Positions 1 to 10,953 are shown, counted from the stretch's first letter. The stretch is DNA of 64,000 nt from a bacterium (GCA_963675755.2 CAXXMD010000002.1:544001-608000); one strand, 5' to 3'. Program-made: numbers and translations. Notes: a model not told the origin generated them from the letters alone.

Positions 1-1
1 T

Positions 2-349
<348 letters not shown>

Positions 350-370
350 ACACATTAAAAGGAGTTTAAT

Positions 371-721
371 ATGTTGTCAACAATGTTATATGTTTTTGCC
401 ATGGCAGGCGGTACAGCACCACAATCAGGCGAAGCAGCAAATCCAATAGGTATGTTTTTGCCCATCATTTTGATCTTTGCGATCATGTACTTGTTGATAT
501 TCCGTCCGCAAGCTAAAAAACAAAAAGAACATCAGAAAATGTTGAACACGCTTGACAAAGGTGTTGAAGTTGTTACTGCCGGTGGTATTTATGGAACAGT
601 AATGGGTTTAAAAAAGAATGACACTGTAGTCATTTTAAAAATTGCTGACAATGTGAAAATTGATATTTCCAAATCTTCAATTTCTCAGATTATAGTACCC
701 GAAGACGCACACAAGAAATAG
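371..721 (+). CDS. yajC: Preprotein translocase subunit YajC
   Basis: TM helix then RPQAKKQKEHQKML, VVTAGGIYG; AAGGAG RBS; follows tgt. Confidence 0.93.
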   Translation: MLSTMLYVFAMAGGTAPQSGEAANPIGMFLPIILIFAIMYLLIFRPQAKKQKEHQKMLNTLDKGVEVVTAGGIYGTVMGLKKNDTVVILKIADNVKIDISKSSISQIIVPEDAHKK

Positions 722-734
722 TTGGCATACTGTT

Positions 735-1664
735 ATGAAAATTGTTTTTATGGGAACACCAGAATTTGCTGTTCCCTGTTTTAATACTTTATTAAAGCAC
801 CATGATATTGTTGGTGTTGTCACTGTTCCGGATAAACCCGCAGGAAGAGGGCGGAAGCTAAAAGCTTCAGCAATCAAACAGGCTGCTTTAGATGCTGGCA
901 TCCCCATTGCTCAACCTGAGGATTTAAAATCCGTTGATTTTATTGATCAGTTGAAAGAGTGGAACGCAGATCTTTATGCTGTTGTGGCATTCAGAATTTT
1001 ACCTGAAATTGTTTTTACCATTCCACCAAAAGGAACAGTGAATTTACATGCTTCACTTTTACCTCAATTGCGAGGAGCGGCTCCAATCAACTGGGCTTTA
1101 ATCAATGGTGACAAAAAATCCGGTGTTACTACTTTTTTTATTGAAAGAAAAGTAGATACCGGAAATATTTTATTACAGCAAAGTGTAGAGTTGACTCCTT
1201 ATACTTCAGCCGGTGAATTGCATGACCTGTTATCAGAAACAGGTGCTCAGGTACTACTGGAAACCTGTAATGGTATTGAAGACAATACACTAAAAGCTCA
1301 ACCTCAGAATGGTGAGGTTACTCTGGCTCCCAAGATCACCAAAGAATTGTGCAATATCGATTGGAACCAGTCTGCCAAAGATATCCATAACCTGATACGC
1401 GGATTGTCTCCTTTTCCAGGCGCTTTTTCTTATCTTGATGGTAAACAAGTAAAAATCATAAAAACTGAATTTTCCGATGAAATCAAAGAGCCAAGTGTAC
1501 CCGGAAAAATTTCTCAAATCGGAAAGTCTGAAATACAGGTTGAAACTTTGAAAGGTACTTTGATAATCAAAGAACTCAAACCTGAAGGCAAACGTTCAAT
1601 GTCAGTTGAAGAGTATTTACGCGGTAATTCTCTGGAATCTGGTAAAATATTTGGTGAACATTAA
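735..1664 (+). CDS. fmt: Methionyl-tRNA formyltransferase
   Basis: MKIVFMGTPEFA start; NLHASLLPQLRGAAPINWAL motif. Confidence 0.97.
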   Translation: MKIVFMGTPEFAVPCFNTLLKHHDIVGVVTVPDKPAGRGRKLKASAIKQAALDAGIPIAQPEDLKSVDFIDQLKEWNADLYAVVAFRILPEIVFTIPPKGTVNLHASLLPQLRGAAPINWALINGDKKSGVTTFFIERKVDTGNILLQQSVELTPYTSAGELHDLLSETGAQVLLETCNGIEDNTLKAQPQNGEVTLAPKITKELCNIDWNQSAKDIHNLIRGLSPFPGAFSYLDGKQVKIIKTEFSDEIKEPSVPGKISQIGKSEIQVETLKGTLIIKELKPEGKRSMSVEEYLRGNSLESGKIFGEH

Positions 1665-1668
1665 TCTT

Positions 1669-3003
1669 ATGGGTTCATCAATAAAAAGCACTGCAAGATA
1701 TTGGGCCTTTCAAGCAATTGCACGAATAGAAGGTGACAATGCTTATACGGATTTGGTATTATCATCACTATTAGACAAGAGCAGGAAATTTACTAAAGAA
1801 CAGGCTGCAATTAATGAAATTGTCAAAGGTGTTATAACGTGGAAGCTTTTACTTGACTGGATTGCAAAATCATTTTTAAATAAACCTGAATCTATTCCGC
1901 AAGAGATTATCTGGCTTTTGTGGTTAGGTATTTACCAGATAAAGTTTTTAAATACACCTGATTTTGCCGCTGTCAATGAAACCGTAGAGCTGGCAAAAGC
2001 TTTGAGATTACCCAAATGGACTCGATTAATTAATGCTGTATTGAGGAATACCATACGTAATGCGGACTCTGTACAGCTACCGGATAAAGACAAAGAACCT
2101 GTCAAATTTTTATCTGTTTCCCAATCCCATCCGGAATGGTTAATTGAACATTGGTTAGATGAATTTGGATTTAAAAAGACAGAATCTTTGTGCAAGGCAA
2201 ATAACAAAGTTCCCAATGTTTCAATTAGAATTAACCCGATAAAAACAACGGGTGAACATGTTGAACGATTGTTTCAGGAAAATCAATTCAACTATAAAAA
2301 ATCAAAACTGCCCGGTTTTTACCGCATATCTCAAATGGATAGTGCTGTTTTTCGCCGGATGATTAATGATGGATTAATTACAGTTCAGGATGAAAGTGCA
2401 GGCCTGGTTTCATTACTTGTTGATCCACAACCGCAAGAATTAATATTTGATCTTTGTGCTGCTCCGGGTGGAAAGACAACACATCTTGCTGAATTATGTA
2501 AAGATGCTGCTGTTATAATTGCTGGTGATTTAAATTCAGCACGTACAGGATTGGTCAGGAAAACAGCGCAACGGTTGGGATTGAATTCTATCAATACCAT
2601 GACTTCTGATGCTTTACATTTTCCAGCAAAAGAAGCTGATTGTGTACTTGTAGACGCTCCTTGTTCCGGTTTGGGAGTTTTACGAAAAAAGCCGGATTTA
2701 CGATGGAACAAATCAAATGCAGATATTTCATCGTTAAATACTATACAGAAAAATATTTTGCACCATGCTGCACAACTGGTAAAAAATGGTGGAACTCTGG
2801 TTTACAGTACGTGTACAATTGAAAAAAGAGAAAATGAAAATATAATATTTGATTTTCTTGAAAAAAATCCCAATTTTAGTTTACAAAATTTAGAAACAAA
2901 TACATTATTGAATCGTTTTTTAACAAAAGAAAAAATGATACGTACCTGGCCTGATCAAGATAATATGGATGGTAGTTTTTCCGTTAAACTGATAAAAAAT
3001 TAA
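1669..3003 (+). CDS. rsmB: 16S rRNA m5C967 methyltransferase (Sun/RsmB) with N-terminal NusB-like domain
   Basis: DLCAAPGGKT, VDAPCSGLG and LVYSTCT motifs; start moved to ATG 1669 just after fmt (the ORF-track start at 1606 overlaps fmt). Confidence 0.93.
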   Translation: MGSSIKSTARYWAFQAIARIEGDNAYTDLVLSSLLDKSRKFTKEQAAINEIVKGVITWKLLLDWIAKSFLNKPESIPQEIIWLLWLGIYQIKFLNTPDFAAVNETVELAKALRLPKWTRLINAVLRNTIRNADSVQLPDKDKEPVKFLSVSQSHPEWLIEHWLDEFGFKKTESLCKANNKVPNVSIRINPIKTTGEHVERLFQENQFNYKKSKLPGFYRISQMDSAVFRRMINDGLITVQDESAGLVSLLVDPQPQELIFDLCAAPGGKTTHLAELCKDAAVIIAGDLNSARTGLVRKTAQRLGLNSINTMTSDALHFPAKEADCVLVDAPCSGLGVLRKKPDLRWNKSNADISSLNTIQKNILHHAAQLVKNGGTLVYSTCTIEKRENENIIFDFLEKNPNFSLQNLETNTLLNRFLTKEKMIRTWPDQDNMDGSFSVKLIKN

Positions 3004-3015
3004 AGGAATTTAATT

Positions 3016-3792
3016 TTGAAAAAGATAAACTGGAAATCTTTTTTTCAATGGTTTCTATTTAGCATTACAACAATTTTAATTTTTTTGCTTTTTTATTTCA
3101 TTTTTGATAAAATTGTAATGCCTTTATATACCAGACATTCACAACAAGTTGTTGTACCTGATATTACGAATAAAAGCATGCGTGTTTCTGAAAAATTGTT
3201 AAAAGATTCCAAATTGAATCTTGTGGTACATGAAGAAAAGTTTGATAGTAATTATCCTCCGGGATTTGTACTTTTTCAAAATCCAGCTCCCGGTTCAAAG
3301 GTTAAAAAGGGAAGACGTATATATTTAACTGTTGGCAAAGGTCAACAAATTATTGAAATGCCTCAATTAATTGGAAATTCCGAGCGTGATGCTAAATTTA
3401 TACTTTCTCAAAATAAACTGGTATTGAAAAATATTAAATATAAAAATGATAATGAATACCTTGTTGGTGTTACCTGTAATCAGTCTGTATCTCCTGGTGA
3501 AATGATTGCCGTTGGTGAAGAAATTAACATTACAGTTAGTCTTGGTAGAGATCCTAACCGGGTAATTGTACCCGAAGTTGTTGGGAAATCACTTAAAGAT
3601 GCTATTTATAGTTTAAAATCAGCAGGTCTTTTTATAACTGAATATGAATATCAAAGTACCGATAAAGTTTTGCCCAACACAGTTTTAGGACAATCTCTTT
3701 CTCCCGGTACGCAGGTAACCAAAAATGATTCAATCCGTCTTGTTCTCAGTAAACTTCCCGGAAATGTGGATGAGGAGAAATTGCAATGGTAA
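3016..3792 (+). CDS. Membrane-anchored protein with three PASTA domains and no kinase domain
   Basis: N-terminal TM helix; three repeats of the VPDITNKS / MPQLIGNS / VPEVVGKS ... Q.P.PG type; TTG start. Confidence 0.88.
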   Translation: MKKINWKSFFQWFLFSITTILIFLLFYFIFDKIVMPLYTRHSQQVVVPDITNKSMRVSEKLLKDSKLNLVVHEEKFDSNYPPGFVLFQNPAPGSKVKKGRRIYLTVGKGQQIIEMPQLIGNSERDAKFILSQNKLVLKNIKYKNDNEYLVGVTCNQSVSPGEMIAVGEEINITVSLGRDPNRVIVPEVVGKSLKDAIYSLKSAGLFITEYEYQSTDKVLPNTVLGQSLSPGTQVTKNDSIRLVLSKLPGNVDEEKLQW

Positions 3793-4436
3793 AAATAGCC
3801 CCGTCAGTTCTTAGTGCAGATTTTGCATATATGTCAGACCAGATACAGGATGCAGAAAAGGGTGGAGCCGATTGGATACATCTGGATATTATGGATGGCC
3901 ACTTTGTGCCCAATATAACCTTTGGTCCATTTATCATTAAAAGTTTAAGAAAACTTACCAATTTGACTTTTGATGCACATCTGATGATAGAAAATGCAGA
4001 TTTATATCTTGAAGATTTTAAAAATGCTGGTGTTGATCAGCTTACAGTCCATTATGAGGCATGCCCGCATTTGTGGAGCACAATCGATAAAATCCATTCA
4101 CTTGGTTTAAAAGCAGGAGTTACTCTGAATCCTGCAACCCCAGTTTCGCTTATTGAACCCGTTTTACATAAAGTAGAGTTGGTACTGGTTATGACAGTAG
4201 AACCAGGTTTTGGTGGACAAAAGTTTATACCTGAAATGTTGGAAAAAATTCAACATTTATATCAATTCAAAGTAATGAACGGTTTAGACTATCATATACA
4301 GGTAGACGGCGGAATTGATAAGGAAACCGCACCTCTTGTTGTAAATGCCGGTGCAGACGTTTTGGTTGCAGGAAGTGCTATTTTCAACAATAAAGATATA
4401 AAAGCTGCCATAGATAACTTAAAAGCCGTTTTGTAG
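3786..4436 (+). CDS. rpe: Ribulose-phosphate 3-epimerase
   Basis: IAPSVLSADF, HLDIMDGHFVPNITFG, MTVEPGFGGQKF, VDGGI motifs. Confidence 0.97.
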   Translation: MVKIAPSVLSADFAYMSDQIQDAEKGGADWIHLDIMDGHFVPNITFGPFIIKSLRKLTNLTFDAHLMIENADLYLEDFKNAGVDQLTVHYEACPHLWSTIDKIHSLGLKAGVTLNPATPVSLIEPVLHKVELVLVMTVEPGFGGQKFIPEMLEKIQHLYQFKVMNGLDYHIQVDGGIDKETAPLVVNAGADVLVAGSAIFNNKDIKAAIDNLKAVL

Positions 4437-4475
4437 ATATAAATAGAAATTTTTTTCGAATAAATTAAATTTCTC

Positions 4476-4504
4476 TTGACACTCTCCCTTTTGGTTTATA
4501 TATT
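4476..4504 (+). promoter_or_regulatory. Sigma70-type promoter of the cold-shock protein gene
   Basis: TTGACA (4476-4481), 17 bp spacer, TATATT (4499-4504). Confidence 0.7.
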
Positions 4505-4562
4505 ATTATGTCAATATAATTTTTATTTTTATTAAAATTTTTGCCAAAAGCAGGAGGGAAAA

Positions 4563-4763
4563 ATGCCAATAGGCAAAGTTAAATGGTTCAATGACAGTAA
4601 GGGTTTTGGCTTTATAGAGCAAGAAAATGGTGATGATGTTTTTGTTCATTATTCAGTGATAGATATGGATGGCTTTAAAACATTATCCGAAGGTCTTGAT
4701 GTAGAGTTTGATGTTCGGAATAGTGATAAAGGACTGCAGGCAACACGTGTTACTAAAGCTTAA
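4563..4763 (+). CDS. Cold-shock protein (CspA family)
   Basis: [15 protein letters not shown] (RNP1) and DVFVHYS (RNP2); GGAGGG RBS. Confidence 0.97.
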   Translation: MPIGKVKWFNDSKGFGFIEQENGDDVFVHYSVIDMDGFKTLSEGLDVEFDVRNSDKGLQATRVTKA

Positions 4764-4784
4764 ATTACCCATAATTTATTGACG

Positions 4785-4817
4785 AGCCCCGCATTTTTTT
4801 ATGCGGGGTTTTTTTTT
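4785..4817 (+). terminator. Intrinsic terminator after csp
   Basis: AGCCCCGCAT / ATGCGGGGTT stem followed by a T run. Confidence 0.85.
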
Positions 4818-4874
4818 GTTAAAAAAATATTTATTTGGATTATTTAAAATTATTTTAATACATTGTACTATTAG

Positions 4875-5342
4875 ATGGATGAAAATACAAGGCTGGTAAT
4901 GAAACAGGTATTTACAAAAAAAGATATAGATAAAATTGCACACGTGCTGGATGTTGAACCCAAGCATAAGGGCAATAATTATCGGTTTGTTCTTGTTAAT
5001 CCCGATACGATGCAGCAATTGTCTTTTGAAATTTATCCTGATATTCCCATTGGAAACAAAACCGGAAATCTGGTCTGTGTTTATGCTCCATTTGCACATT
5101 TGCAGCTTCATTTTTGTACTGGTTATGTAGTAAGCGAAATGCTTGGTGAGGTAACTTTTATTGGCGAAAGTGGAGATAAATTGTCTGGTTTGATCATTGA
5201 AAAGGGTGCAGGTTGTTCAATGCATTCCAATGTTGATAAGGAGATCTTATCCGGAGATTTTACCACATTAGGGCCCGAAATCATGTTATCTGGTATTGCT
5301 CTGTCTTTAGCTGAAGATATTTTGCCTGATACTAAAGAATAG
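4875..5342 (+). CDS. Hypothetical protein, first gene of the xerD-birA-coaX run
   Basis: 155-aa ORF with globular-like composition, ending 6 bp before xerD; no family recognised. Confidence 0.75.
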   Translation: MDENTRLVMKQVFTKKDIDKIAHVLDVEPKHKGNNYRFVLVNPDTMQQLSFEIYPDIPIGNKTGNLVCVYAPFAHLQLHFCTGYVVSEMLGEVTFIGESGDKLSGLIIEKGAGCSMHSNVDKEILSGDFTTLGPEIMLSGIALSLAEDILPDTKE

Positions 5343-5348
5343 TTGTAG

Positions 5349-6257
5349 ATGGATTTACATGATCACCTCAAGGGGTTTATTGATTATTTAAGAATTGAAC
5401 GCCAGGTTTCTTTAAATACCGTTGAAGCTTATGAACGTGATTTAAAAAGATATATTGACCATCTTTTTCATCTTGAATTGTTACCTCAGGAACCCATAAC
5501 ACCAGACCATATAGAATCCTATTTGGAAATGCTGCACGAGATGCATCTTGCATCTACATCCATATCCAGAAATTTATCTGCTGTCAGATCATTTCACCAG
5601 TTTTTGCTTGGTGAAGGGATCTTTACTAAAGACCCAACCGAAAATATGAACATTCCCAAACCCTGGATGAAATTACCCGAGGTTTTGGATGTTCAAGACA
5701 TAGAGGTTTTACTGGAACAGCCAGATGTTTCAACGGGTAAAGGTATTCGTGATCGGGCAATTATAGAGTACATGTATGCTACAGGTGTGCGTGTAACGGA
5801 ATTGGTCAACTTGAAAATGCAGGATATTTTATGGGATGATGAATTTGTCCGTGTGTTGGGTAAAGGAAACAAAGTAAGGTATATCCCGGTAAGTCAATCT
5901 GCTCTGAAATGGATTCAACAATACTATAAAACACATCGCGTTAGACTTGCTTCGTTTGGTTTATCTGGTGATCGTGTGTTTCTCAATAAATCCGGTAAAA
6001 AATTGAGCAGACAATCCATTTGGAAAATGTTAAAAGCTTATGCCTTGCAAGGAGGCATTGAAAAGTTTATCAGTCCTCATTCATTACGTCATTCATTTGC
6101 AACACATCTATTGGAAGGTGGTGCAGATTTAAGAGCTGTACAGGAAATGTTGGGGCATGCCAGTATTACAACAACGCAAATATATACACATCTTGACAGA
6201 GAGATGTTAAAGGAAGTCATTAATACGTTTCATCCTATACAGAACAAAAATCTTTGA
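5349..6257 (+). CDS. xerD: Site-specific tyrosine recombinase XerD
   Basis: TGVRVTE, GKGNK and HSLRHSFATHLLEGGADLRAVQEMLGHASITTTQIYTH catalytic motifs. Confidence 0.9.
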   Translation: MDLHDHLKGFIDYLRIERQVSLNTVEAYERDLKRYIDHLFHLELLPQEPITPDHIESYLEMLHEMHLASTSISRNLSAVRSFHQFLLGEGIFTKDPTENMNIPKPWMKLPEVLDVQDIEVLLEQPDVSTGKGIRDRAIIEYMYATGVRVTELVNLKMQDILWDDEFVRVLGKGNKVRYIPVSQSALKWIQQYYKTHRVRLASFGLSGDRVFLNKSGKKLSRQSIWKMLKAYALQGGIEKFISPHSLRHSFATHLLEGGADLRAVQEMLGHASITTTQIYTHLDREMLKEVINTFHPIQNKNL

Positions 6258-7006
6258 ATCTCATGCAACAAAATTATATTGGAAATAATGTAATACTTTT
6301 AAATACTGTGGATTCCACCAATGCTTATCTGCGGCGAAATTCTGATTTACCCTGTGGTACTGTGGTTTCAACTGAATACCAGACAAAGGGTAAAGGCAGA
6401 GGGGGCAAAATATGGATTTCGGAACGTAACAATGGGTTGCTTTTTTCTTTTAAATTTAATCCTAATATCCTGGCCAAAGATTCAGTATACCTGATGTATT
6501 TAACATCTGTTGTTTTGTCAAAATATTTAAATGAAAAATATAATATTTCGACAGGTATAAAGTGGCCCAATGATATCTATATTGAAAATAAAAAGTTAGC
6601 CGGTATATTATTAGAAGCAAAATCCGGAAGAAAAAGTATTAAATATGTGGTTATAGGTATTGGTGTAAATATATCTGAAAATCAGGATAAAAAACATCTG
6701 CCTGATAATTATTGTTTTCTTGATAATTATATTACACAAACGTTTGATAAATTGGAATTTCTATTTGGCTTTATTGACTATTTCAATATTTATTATTATT
6801 CTGTGATTAAGAATGAAAATTTTTTCAAAGTTGTTTCTGATTGGAATAAACACTGCATTCATATCGATAAGGTGATAGAGATCACTACACATTCTCAAAA
6901 AAACAAGTATATATTTAAACGGTTGGATGAATCGGGTGCCATTCTGGTAGAGTCTGATAATGGTCAAAAACTGTTGACAAACGTAGAGGAAATTATATGC
7001 TGTTAG
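6254..7006 (+). CDS. birA: Biotin--[acetyl-CoA carboxylase] ligase (no HTH domain)
   Basis: VDSTN, QTKGKGRGG, IKWPND, KKLAGILLE motifs. Confidence 0.92.
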   Translation: MNLMQQNYIGNNVILLNTVDSTNAYLRRNSDLPCGTVVSTEYQTKGKGRGGKIWISERNNGLLFSFKFNPNILAKDSVYLMYLTSVVLSKYLNEKYNISTGIKWPNDIYIENKKLAGILLEAKSGRKSIKYVVIGIGVNISENQDKKHLPDNYCFLDNYITQTFDKLEFLFGFIDYFNIYYYSVIKNENFFKVVSDWNKHCIHIDKVIEITTHSQKNKYIFKRLDESGAILVESDNGQKLLTNVEEIICC

Positions 7007-7761
7007 CTATTGATATTGGTAATACACAAATTGCTGCCGGACTTTTTAAAAAAGATAATCTTGTAGCTCATTGGAGACTTGCCAGTTCAATAAATCGAAC
7101 AGAAGACGAAACCTGGATAACTATGAAAGCTATTGCTGACTCGCTTGGTTTTGATATAATGAAATCCACAGGTGTGGCAGTATCTTCGGTGGTTCCAACC
7201 ATGACTGCTACTTTTGATAAATTATCAAAAAAATACCTGAATCTAGACCCGTTAATAGTCAGCCATCAGACTTTACATAATATAATTCTGAATTATGAAA
7301 ATCCTGCAAATGTTGGCGCTGATCGAATATGCAATGCAGAAGCCGGCTATGAAAAGTATAAAACTTCTTTGATTATAGTAGATCTAGGAACAGCAACAAC
7401 TTTTGATGTTATTGATTCAAAAGGCACTTATTTGGGTGGAGTTATCGCTCCGGGAATAGAGTCATCTTCTTCGATACTGCATGAAAAAGCTGCCCGTTTA
7501 CCCAAAGTTGAGCTGGATTTCCCTGATTCCGTTATCGGCCGCTCCACTGAAGCCAGTATGCAATCTGGTATTATGTATGGTGCGGTTGAAATGGTTAAGG
7601 GTTTTGTAAACAAGATTAATCTGGAGCTGGGTCATTCTCATACTTTATTGATAACAGGAGGGCTTGGTAAATTTATAATGAGTAAACTTGATGATGAATA
7701 TATACTTGAACCTTTTTTAACGCTTGAAGGGTTAAAGATTCTTTTTCAAAATAGAAAATAA
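6997..7761 (+). CDS. coaX: Type III pantothenate kinase
   Basis: LAIDIGNT, VGADR, IVDLGTATT, GGVIAPG motifs. Confidence 0.95.
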   Translation: MLLAIDIGNTQIAAGLFKKDNLVAHWRLASSINRTEDETWITMKAIADSLGFDIMKSTGVAVSSVVPTMTATFDKLSKKYLNLDPLIVSHQTLHNIILNYENPANVGADRICNAEAGYEKYKTSLIIVDLGTATTFDVIDSKGTYLGGVIAPGIESSSSILHEKAARLPKVELDFPDSVIGRSTEASMQSGIMYGAVEMVKGFVNKINLELGHSHTLLITGGLGKFIMSKLDDEYILEPFLTLEGLKILFQNRK

Positions 7762-7857
7762 CGCTTTTTTTATATAGAAAATATTTTATATTATTAATTG
7801 TATCAAATCTGGGGTAGATTTGGTCCTATTTACTATTGTGATGATAGGGATGATGAA

Positions 7858-9762
7858 ATGGAACATAAAGAACAGATACTAGTTGTTGAAGATGATCAGG
7901 TTCTTGCGGATTTACTATGGCGTAATTTGCGGAAACTACAATATGTTGTAACTGATGTTGTTTTATCTGGTGAAGAAGCATTAAAAAAAGCAGAGTCTAA
8001 ACGCCCTGACTTGGTACTTATGGATATACGTCTGGGTGGTCAAATGACAGGTATTGAGACTGCTGATTTAATGCGTACCCGGTTTAACCTCCCAGTAGTA
8101 TATGTAACAGCCTACTCTGATAAAGAAACTCTAGATAAAGTTAAAAAAACTGAACCCTATGGTTATATTTTAAAGCCTTTTGATTCCAAAGATTTACAAA
8201 TTGCCATTGAAATGGCATTGTATAAACATAAAATTGAAAAAAGACTTCGCGAAAGAGAAATCTGGTTCTCTACCACTTTAAAGAGTATTGGTGATGCAGT
8301 AATCAGTACTGACAATAATGGCAATATAACTTTTATGAATCCGATTGCTCAAAAACTCACGGGCTGGTCTTTAAAAGAAGCACGTGGAGTTTATATTGAT
8401 GATGTTTTCAATATTATTAGCAGTGTTGGAAGGCATCAACTTGCAAGTCCTGTTCAGGCGGTTATTGCACGTAATAGCATCATTAATTATTCTGTACCCA
8501 AGATACTTTTAAGTAAAGATGGTACAGAAATTAGCATTGATGATTCCTGGGCACCTATTCATAATGATGATAATAATCAATTGAGTGGTATTGTTCTCGT
8601 TTTTCGTGATATTACAGAACGAAAGAAACTTGAAGAAGATGTGCAAAAGAACCAAAAAATAGAATCCATTGGTTTATTAGCCGGTGGTATTGCACATGAT
8701 TTTAATAACCGATTGTCTGTAATTCTGGGTAATGCTCAGCTTGCCAAACTCAACTATGACAAAGGTAAAGATATCAGCAAATACCTGGACAATATTGAAA
8801 AAAGTACAGACCAGGCAACAACATTGACACAACAATTGCTCACCTTTTCCAAGGGTGGAGAGCCGGTTAAAAAAGTTAGTGATATTAAAGATCTTATCCG
8901 TGAAACCGCAAACTTGTCACTTAGTGGATCAAACGAAAAATGTGTTTTTGATATTGTCTATAACCTTTATCCTGTGAATGTAGACAAGGGACAAATAAGC
9001 CAGGTAATAAATAATATTGTATTGAATGCAGATCAAGCCATGCCCAATGGTGGTATTATTTATATTAATGCAAAAAATATTACCTTGAATGATCATGAAG
9101 TTCAAACTTTGAGTCCTGGGAAATACATAAAAATAGAGATTGTTGATAGCGGCTCCGGAATGGATGACGAGACCATTCACAAAATTTTTGATCCCTATTT
9201 TACAACAAAGCAAAAAGGCAGTGGTTTAGGATTATCTGTTGCTTATTCTATTGTAAGAAAACATGGCGGCGCTATTTTGGTAGATTCTGTCAAAGATTCT
9301 GGATCTACTTTTTCTGTTTTCCTCCCGGCGGTTGAAGAAAAGATCAAGGAAGAAGAAAAAGAAAAAGAACGTGCTTTTAAAGGAGCAGGCAAAGTTTTAG
9401 TTATGGATGATGAAGAACTTGTACTGCAAATGGTTGGAGATATTCTCAAAGGCGTTGGTTATGAAATAGAATTGGCAACAGATGGTATTGCAGCTATTGA
9501 GCATTACCAGGGTGCCTTAAAAGCTGGAAGTCCTTTTGATGTTGTACTCTTGGATCTCACTGTACCTGGTGGAATGGGCGGTAAGGAGACTGTTCAAAAA
9601 CTTATTGAGATCGATCCCAACGTGAAAGCCGTTGTTTCAAGTGGTTATTCTAATGATCCTATTATGGCAAATTTTAAACAATATGGTATAGCAGGGGTTA
9701 TAGCAAAACCGTATAGAATTATGGAATTATGTAAGACGTTGAAAGCTGTTGTGGAAGATTAA
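7858..9762 (+). CDS. Hybrid sensor histidine kinase/response regulator (REC-PAS-HisKA-HATPase-REC)
   Basis: ILVVEDD...DLVLMD; PAS; LAGGIAHDFNN H-box; FTTK.KGSGLGL; C-terminal VLVMDDE; start moved to ATG 7858. Confidence 0.93.
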   Translation: MEHKEQILVVEDDQVLADLLWRNLRKLQYVVTDVVLSGEEALKKAESKRPDLVLMDIRLGGQMTGIETADLMRTRFNLPVVYVTAYSDKETLDKVKKTEPYGYILKPFDSKDLQIAIEMALYKHKIEKRLREREIWFSTTLKSIGDAVISTDNNGNITFMNPIAQKLTGWSLKEARGVYIDDVFNIISSVGRHQLASPVQAVIARNSIINYSVPKILLSKDGTEISIDDSWAPIHNDDNNQLSGIVLVFRDITERKKLEEDVQKNQKIESIGLLAGGIAHDFNNRLSVILGNAQLAKLNYDKGKDISKYLDNIEKSTDQATTLTQQLLTFSKGGEPVKKVSDIKDLIRETANLSLSGSNEKCVFDIVYNLYPVNVDKGQISQVINNIVLNADQAMPNGGIIYINAKNITLNDHEVQTLSPGKYIKIEIVDSGSGMDDETIHKIFDPYFTTKQKGSGLGLSVAYSIVRKHGGAILVDSVKDSGSTFSVFLPAVEEKIKEEEKEKERAFKGAGKVLVMDDEELVLQMVGDILKGVGYEIELATDGIAAIEHYQGALKAGSPFDVVLLDLTVPGGMGGKETVQKLIEIDPNVKAVVSSGYSNDPIMANFKQYGIAGVIAKPYRIMELCKTLKAVVED

Positions 9763-9783
9763 GCTGGAATTGAAGATATAAAC

Positions 9784-9820
9784 AAAAAAGGCTGATCAAT
9801 TATTTGATCAGCCTTTTTTT
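9784..9820. terminator. Bidirectional intrinsic terminator between convergent genes
   Basis: AAAAAAGGCTGATCAA-ttat-TTGATCAGCCTTTTTTT inverted repeat with A and T tails. Confidence 0.88.
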
Positions 9821-9824
9821 ATAA

Positions 9825-10055
9825 TTAAACCGAAACGACTTCTTTAATTTCCGGAATATTTTTAATTATTTCTCTTTCAATGCCCATCTTTAATGTCATT
9901 TGGGCCATAGGACATGTACCGCAAGCACCTTGCAATTTAACTTTGACTATGCCGTCAGATACTTCAACCAACTCTACATTTCCACCGTCAGCCATCAATG
10001 CGGGCCTGATTGTATCAATCACTTGTTCAACTTTATCAAAAAGCTGTTCACTCAT
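9825..10055 (-). CDS. NifU C-terminal (Nfu-type) Fe-S carrier protein
   Basis: IRPALMADGGNVEL...LQGACGTCP motif. Confidence 0.93.
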   Translation of the reverse strand: MSEQLFDKVEQVIDTIRPALMADGGNVELVEVSDGIVKVKLQGACGTCPMAQMTLKMGIEREIIKNIPEIKEVVSV

Positions 10056-10067
10056 TTTAATTATCCT

Positions 10068-10913
10068 CTAGTTTGTTTCTGTGTTTGTTTCTTCTGCCGG
10101 TACCAATGCCTCGTCTCGTATTACATATGATTTTGCCGGGCATTTTTTAACGGCATTATATAATTCTTCACTGTTAATATCTTTAATGACAGGTATATTT
10201 CCGTTCATTTCAATTGCCTGAGAGGGAGTAACTTTGGGTGTTGTACAAATTTTACAACCAAAACAGCCCACTTTACAGACAGATTTTACAGCTTTCAGCT
10301 TATCTTGAGAGATACATCCCAAATAAACATTTTGTTTTCTGGGTATCAGTGCCATTATACCTCTAGGACAGGTAGAAACACAGATTCCACAAGCTGTACA
10401 TTTTTCTTCATCAACAACGGGTAAACCGTTAGCATCCATGTGCATTGCATCAAAAGGACAAGCCTTAACACATGAACCTAATCCAAGACAGCCATACTTG
10501 CAAGCTTTTTGACCACCGCCAACAAGTACTGCAGCGTTACAATCGTCAATTCCATCATAAATAAATTTTTCTTCAGCCAGTTCTTTGCTGCCCTGGCATT
10601 GTACAACCGCAACTTTGGGATCTTCAAGCTCAACCGCCAGACCCAGAATGTCTGAAATTTTTTCTGCAACAGCTTGTCCACCAGGTGTACATTTGTTGGG
10701 AGGTACAGCTCCGCTTGCAACTGCTTCTGCATAAGCATTACATCCGGGTTGGCCGCATGCACCACAATTTGCACCAGGAAGTGTTTCAATAATTAAACTA
10801 ACTTTGGGATCCACTTCAACTGCGAATTTTTTTGAAGCGAAAGCAAGTCCGGCACCAAATAAAAAACCTAATCCAGCTAACGCAATAATAGAAGAAATAA
10901 ATAGGGGGTCCAT
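10068..10913 (-). CDS. rnfB: Rnf complex subunit B (polyferredoxin)
   Basis: N-terminal TM; LPGANCGACGQPGC; CKYGCLGLGSCVKACP and CTACGICVSTCP clusters. Confidence 0.9.
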   Translation of the reverse strand: MDPLFISSIIALAGLGFLFGAGLAFASKKFAVEVDPKVSLIIETLPGANCGACGQPGCNAYAEAVASGAVPPNKCTPGGQAVAEKISDILGLAVELEDPKVAVVQCQGSKELAEEKFIYDGIDDCNAAVLVGGGQKACKYGCLGLGSCVKACPFDAMHMDANGLPVVDEEKCTACGICVSTCPRGIMALIPRKQNVYLGCISQDKLKAVKSVCKVGCFGCKICTTPKVTPSQAIEMNGNIPVIKDINSEELYNAVKKCPAKSYVIRDEALVPAEETNTETN

Positions 10914-10953
10914 CTCGTCACCATATGCTATTTAATATTTCCTAAACCTTGTA

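Noticed and set aside
5349-6257. Tyrosine recombinase as a prophage or island integrase
   Set aside because: It has XerD-type motifs, overlaps birA, and has no tRNA, att-like repeats or phage genes nearby
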